A stretch of 32,432 nucleotides of DNA, taken from contig JAADFO010000046.1 of NCBI GenBank assembly GCA_013152815.1, forward strand, positions 1 through 32,432. The letters run 5' to 3'. How positions within the stretch are numbered: position 1 is the first letter of the stretch; each line of letters begins with the position of its first letter. The notes below the pieces were generated by a model, which saw nothing but the letters and a program-made list of their open reading frames with translations, was not told where the DNA came from and made no database searches. Positions 27,517-32,432 of this stretch are shown piece after piece. The position numbers and the translations under genes are program-made. The DNA is from Nanobdellati archaeon (GTDB lineage: Archaea; Nanobdellota; Nanobdellia; Woesearchaeales; JAADFO01).

Positions 27517-28209
27517 ATGTGTTTCACTCCGTTAGTCTCCCTGACCACAGCGCTCATCGAGTTCTTCTTTGCCGCGATCATCCTGCTGGCCTTCAGGAAG
27601 AGTACGGTCACCCGGTTCATGGGCGCCCTCATCATCGGACTGGGGACATACCAGTTCACCGAGTTCATGCTCTGCACCACAGGCAATGCCCAGGTGTGGG
27701 GCACCATGGGCTTCCTGACCTACACCATCCTTCCGGCGATCGGCCTGCATTTTGTCCTGCGCCTGACAGGAAGAGTGCATGAACCGTTCATGCTCTACAT
27801 CCCCACAATCATCTTCGAATCCATCGCCCTCTTCTCACGGGGTTTCATCATCGAGGGGACCTGCACCGACCTCTTCGTCCAGGTGAAGAACACCCTGTTC
27901 TATGACCACAGCCTTCTTTTTCTTTACACGCTCTACTACTTTGGCTATATCCTCATGGCCACATATCTTCTGGGAGAAGCATACCGCGAAGAGACAGACC
28001 GCCACAGAAGACGGATCTATGGGCTGGTGCTCGCAGGCATCCTTGTCAGCCTGCTCCCTCCGCTCTTCCTGATCATCCTCTTCCCTGCCATGAGCATCAT
28101 CTTCCCGTCGGTCTACTGCGAGTTCGCCCTCTTCCTTGCGGCCATCGCCTTCCTGGCAGCCCATGCCGACGACCGTCATCGGAGAAGAGAAAGAGGAGTG
28201 AGAGCATAG
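27517..28209 (+). CDS. Multi-pass (~7 TM) membrane protein
   Basis: Repeated hydrophobic segments. Ends 1 bp before the ATPase start. Confidence 0.8.
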   Translation: MCFTPLVSLTTALIEFFFAAIILLAFRKSTVTRFMGALIIGLGTYQFTEFMLCTTGNAQVWGTMGFLTYTILPAIGLHFVLRLTGRVHEPFMLYIPTIIFESIALFSRGFIIEGTCTDLFVQVKNTLFYDHSLLFLYTLYYFGYILMATYLLGEAYREETDRHRRRIYGLVLAGILVSLLPPLFLIILFPAMSIIFPSVYCEFALFLAAIAFLAAHADDRHRRRERGVRA

Positions 28210-28210
28210 G

Positions 28211-30964
<2,754 letters not shown>

Positions 30965-31052
30965 GGAAGCGACTCCTGGCTGGCCATGCATCAGGGTAGA
31001 CAGGATGGAGAAGGGCTTTCCAGCGGCAGAAACAGCAGAGCGTATCATCTCT

Positions 31053-31835
31053 TTATCTCTTGTACATCATGTTCTTCGAGATTCGCGCCACCATCGTCCG
31101 TGGGAAAAGCCGGACAAGAAAGATGAGGAACTTGTTCCGGAAACCGGGAACAGCATCCAGCCTGCCCCTGAACAGTGCGTCGATACCCACCTGTGCGACC
31201 ATCTCTGGAGACATTCTCGGAAAGGAAGCCAACGGCTTCACATGATGGACGCCCCGAGCGACCCGGAAGAAGTCTGTCTGCGTGGCGCCGGGAGAGAGGC
31301 AGGTGACCGTCACCCCATGGTCCTCCAGTTCCTTTGCCAGTGCCTCGGAGAAGTTCAGGACATAGCTCTTTGAGGCCCCGTAGGCTGCAAAAGAGGGAGT
31401 TGGCTGGAATGCTGCCGTGCTTGCGATGTTGAGGATGCGTCCTCTGCGACGTCGTTTCATCTCGCTGCCGTAGAGGCGGCAGAGACCGGTCAATGAGAGG
31501 ATGTTGAGGTTGAGCATGGACCCTACGCGGCTGATGTCGCTCTTCACATGCTGGCCATAGACACCGAAGCCTGCGTTGTTCACCAGGATGTCCACGTCCA
31601 TGCCTTTTGACCGGGTGAAAGAGAAGACCTTCTCTTCTGCTCCGGGAAGAGAGAGGTCGATTGCAATGGCAGATACCATGACACCTTCCTTCTGGAGCTC
31701 TTTCCTGGTCGCTGAGAGCCGGTCCTTGTTCCTGCTCACCAGAAGAAGGTCATAGCCTTTCTCGGCGAGGAGCCTCGCTATCTCTTTCCCTATGCCAGAA
31801 CTGGCCCCGGTGACCAAAGCGAGCTGTCTTTTCAT
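31053..31835 (-). CDS. Short-chain dehydrogenase/reductase
   Basis: TGASSGIG, NNAG and YGASK motifs. Confidence 0.93.
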   Translation of the reverse strand: MKRQLALVTGASSGIGKEIARLLAEKGYDLLLVSRNKDRLSATRKELQKEGVMVSAIAIDLSLPGAEEKVFSFTRSKGMDVDILVNNAGFGVYGQHVKSDISRVGSMLNLNILSLTGLCRLYGSEMKRRRRGRILNIASTAAFQPTPSFAAYGASKSYVLNFSEALAKELEDHGVTVTCLSPGATQTDFFRVARGVHHVKPLASFPRMSPEMVAQVGIDALFRGRLDAVPGFRNKFLIFLVRLFPRTMVARISKNMMYKR

Positions 31836-31939
31836 GATGACTGACGAAAGAAGAGGGAACTATTTAAGCATGACTGAACCTGAGAAAGAGAGAGCAGATA
31901 GATTTATTAATCGATAATCATCACAGGAAGGCGATACCC

Positions 31940-32074
31940 ATGTTCGTCATCGACAGAAACATCTTCTACCTGCTGTGCCTGATCTTCGGTTTGTTCTGGG
32001 TCCTGGTAGAGGGATGGATAGCCTATTGGGTCTATCGGGCGTATAGGTTGCTGGACAGGACCCTGGGAAAATGA
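31940..32074 (+). CDS. Small membrane protein (44 aa; absent from the ORF track)
   Basis: MFVIDRNIFYLLCLIFGLFWVLVEGWIAYWVYRAYRLLDRTLGK*. TTTATTAA upstream; ATGA overlap with the next ORF. Confidence 0.65.
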   Translation: MFVIDRNIFYLLCLIFGLFWVLVEGWIAYWVYRAYRLLDRTLGK

Positions 32075-32432
32075 TTTCAGCTTCCCTGTTCCTCCGACTG
32101 GCGAGGATAGAGGGCATCCTCTGGAGCATTGCAGACGTCTTCCTGGTGTTCTTCGTACTGCGGGTGGCAGATGTCTTCAGAAGGCATCATCATCTGGAGA
32201 CCCATAGACGATTATATGTCCTGCTCTTCCTCAGTTTCCTGTTCTCCTCGCTGCTCCTGATCGTTCAGGACCTGTTCTCTTACCTGATGGTAGAGATAGT
32301 GGTCCTCGATATACAATATTTCATCTTGATTTATGTCATCATCAGGAACCGAGGACTCATCGGAAAAAGCAAGGTGATGCAAAGATCCAGAGGAGACGAG
32401 ATGGAAAAGAGAACACGGTTCACCGGCACTGG
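32071..32432 (+). CDS. Membrane protein, partial (runs off the window)
   Basis: MISASLFLRLARIEGILWSIADVFLVFFVLRV... stays open to the window end and has about three hydrophobic segments. Confidence 0.7.
   Translation, partial: MISASLFLRLARIEGILWSIADVFLVFFVLRVADVFRRHHHLETHRRLYVLLFLSFLFSSLLLIVQDLFSYLMVEIVVLDIQYFILIYVIIRNRGLIGKSKVMQRSRGDEMEKRTRFTGT

Overview
Archaeal chromosomal segment, most likely DPANN (Woesearchaeota-like; inferred from gene content). Housekeeping genes: cyclophilin, dph5, ftsZ (FtsZ2-like), ATP-dependent DNA ligase, purA, guaB, Rpp21, rpl21e-rpoF-DUF655, proteasome beta, aCPSF1/FttA, signal peptidase, map and a Na/K-ATPase-like P-type ATPase. There are two intron-containing tRNAs (Gln-TTG, Arg-GCG) and two AT-richer toxin-antitoxin modules. 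The most unusual signals are non-coding. (1) tRNA-Gln is nested between an extra copy of its 5' end and an extra copy of its 3' end, inside a structured ~330-nt unit whose trailer is complementary to the intron. (2) Three hairpins with unrelated stems but the same CGCCAA loop lie between convergent promoters upstream of ftsZ. (3) A 197-bp MITE has terminal inverted repeats and a perfect 9-bp target-site duplication. A Hel308-like helicase gene that lacks its first RecA domain is also notable. All family assignments come from motif recognition by eye; no searches were run.
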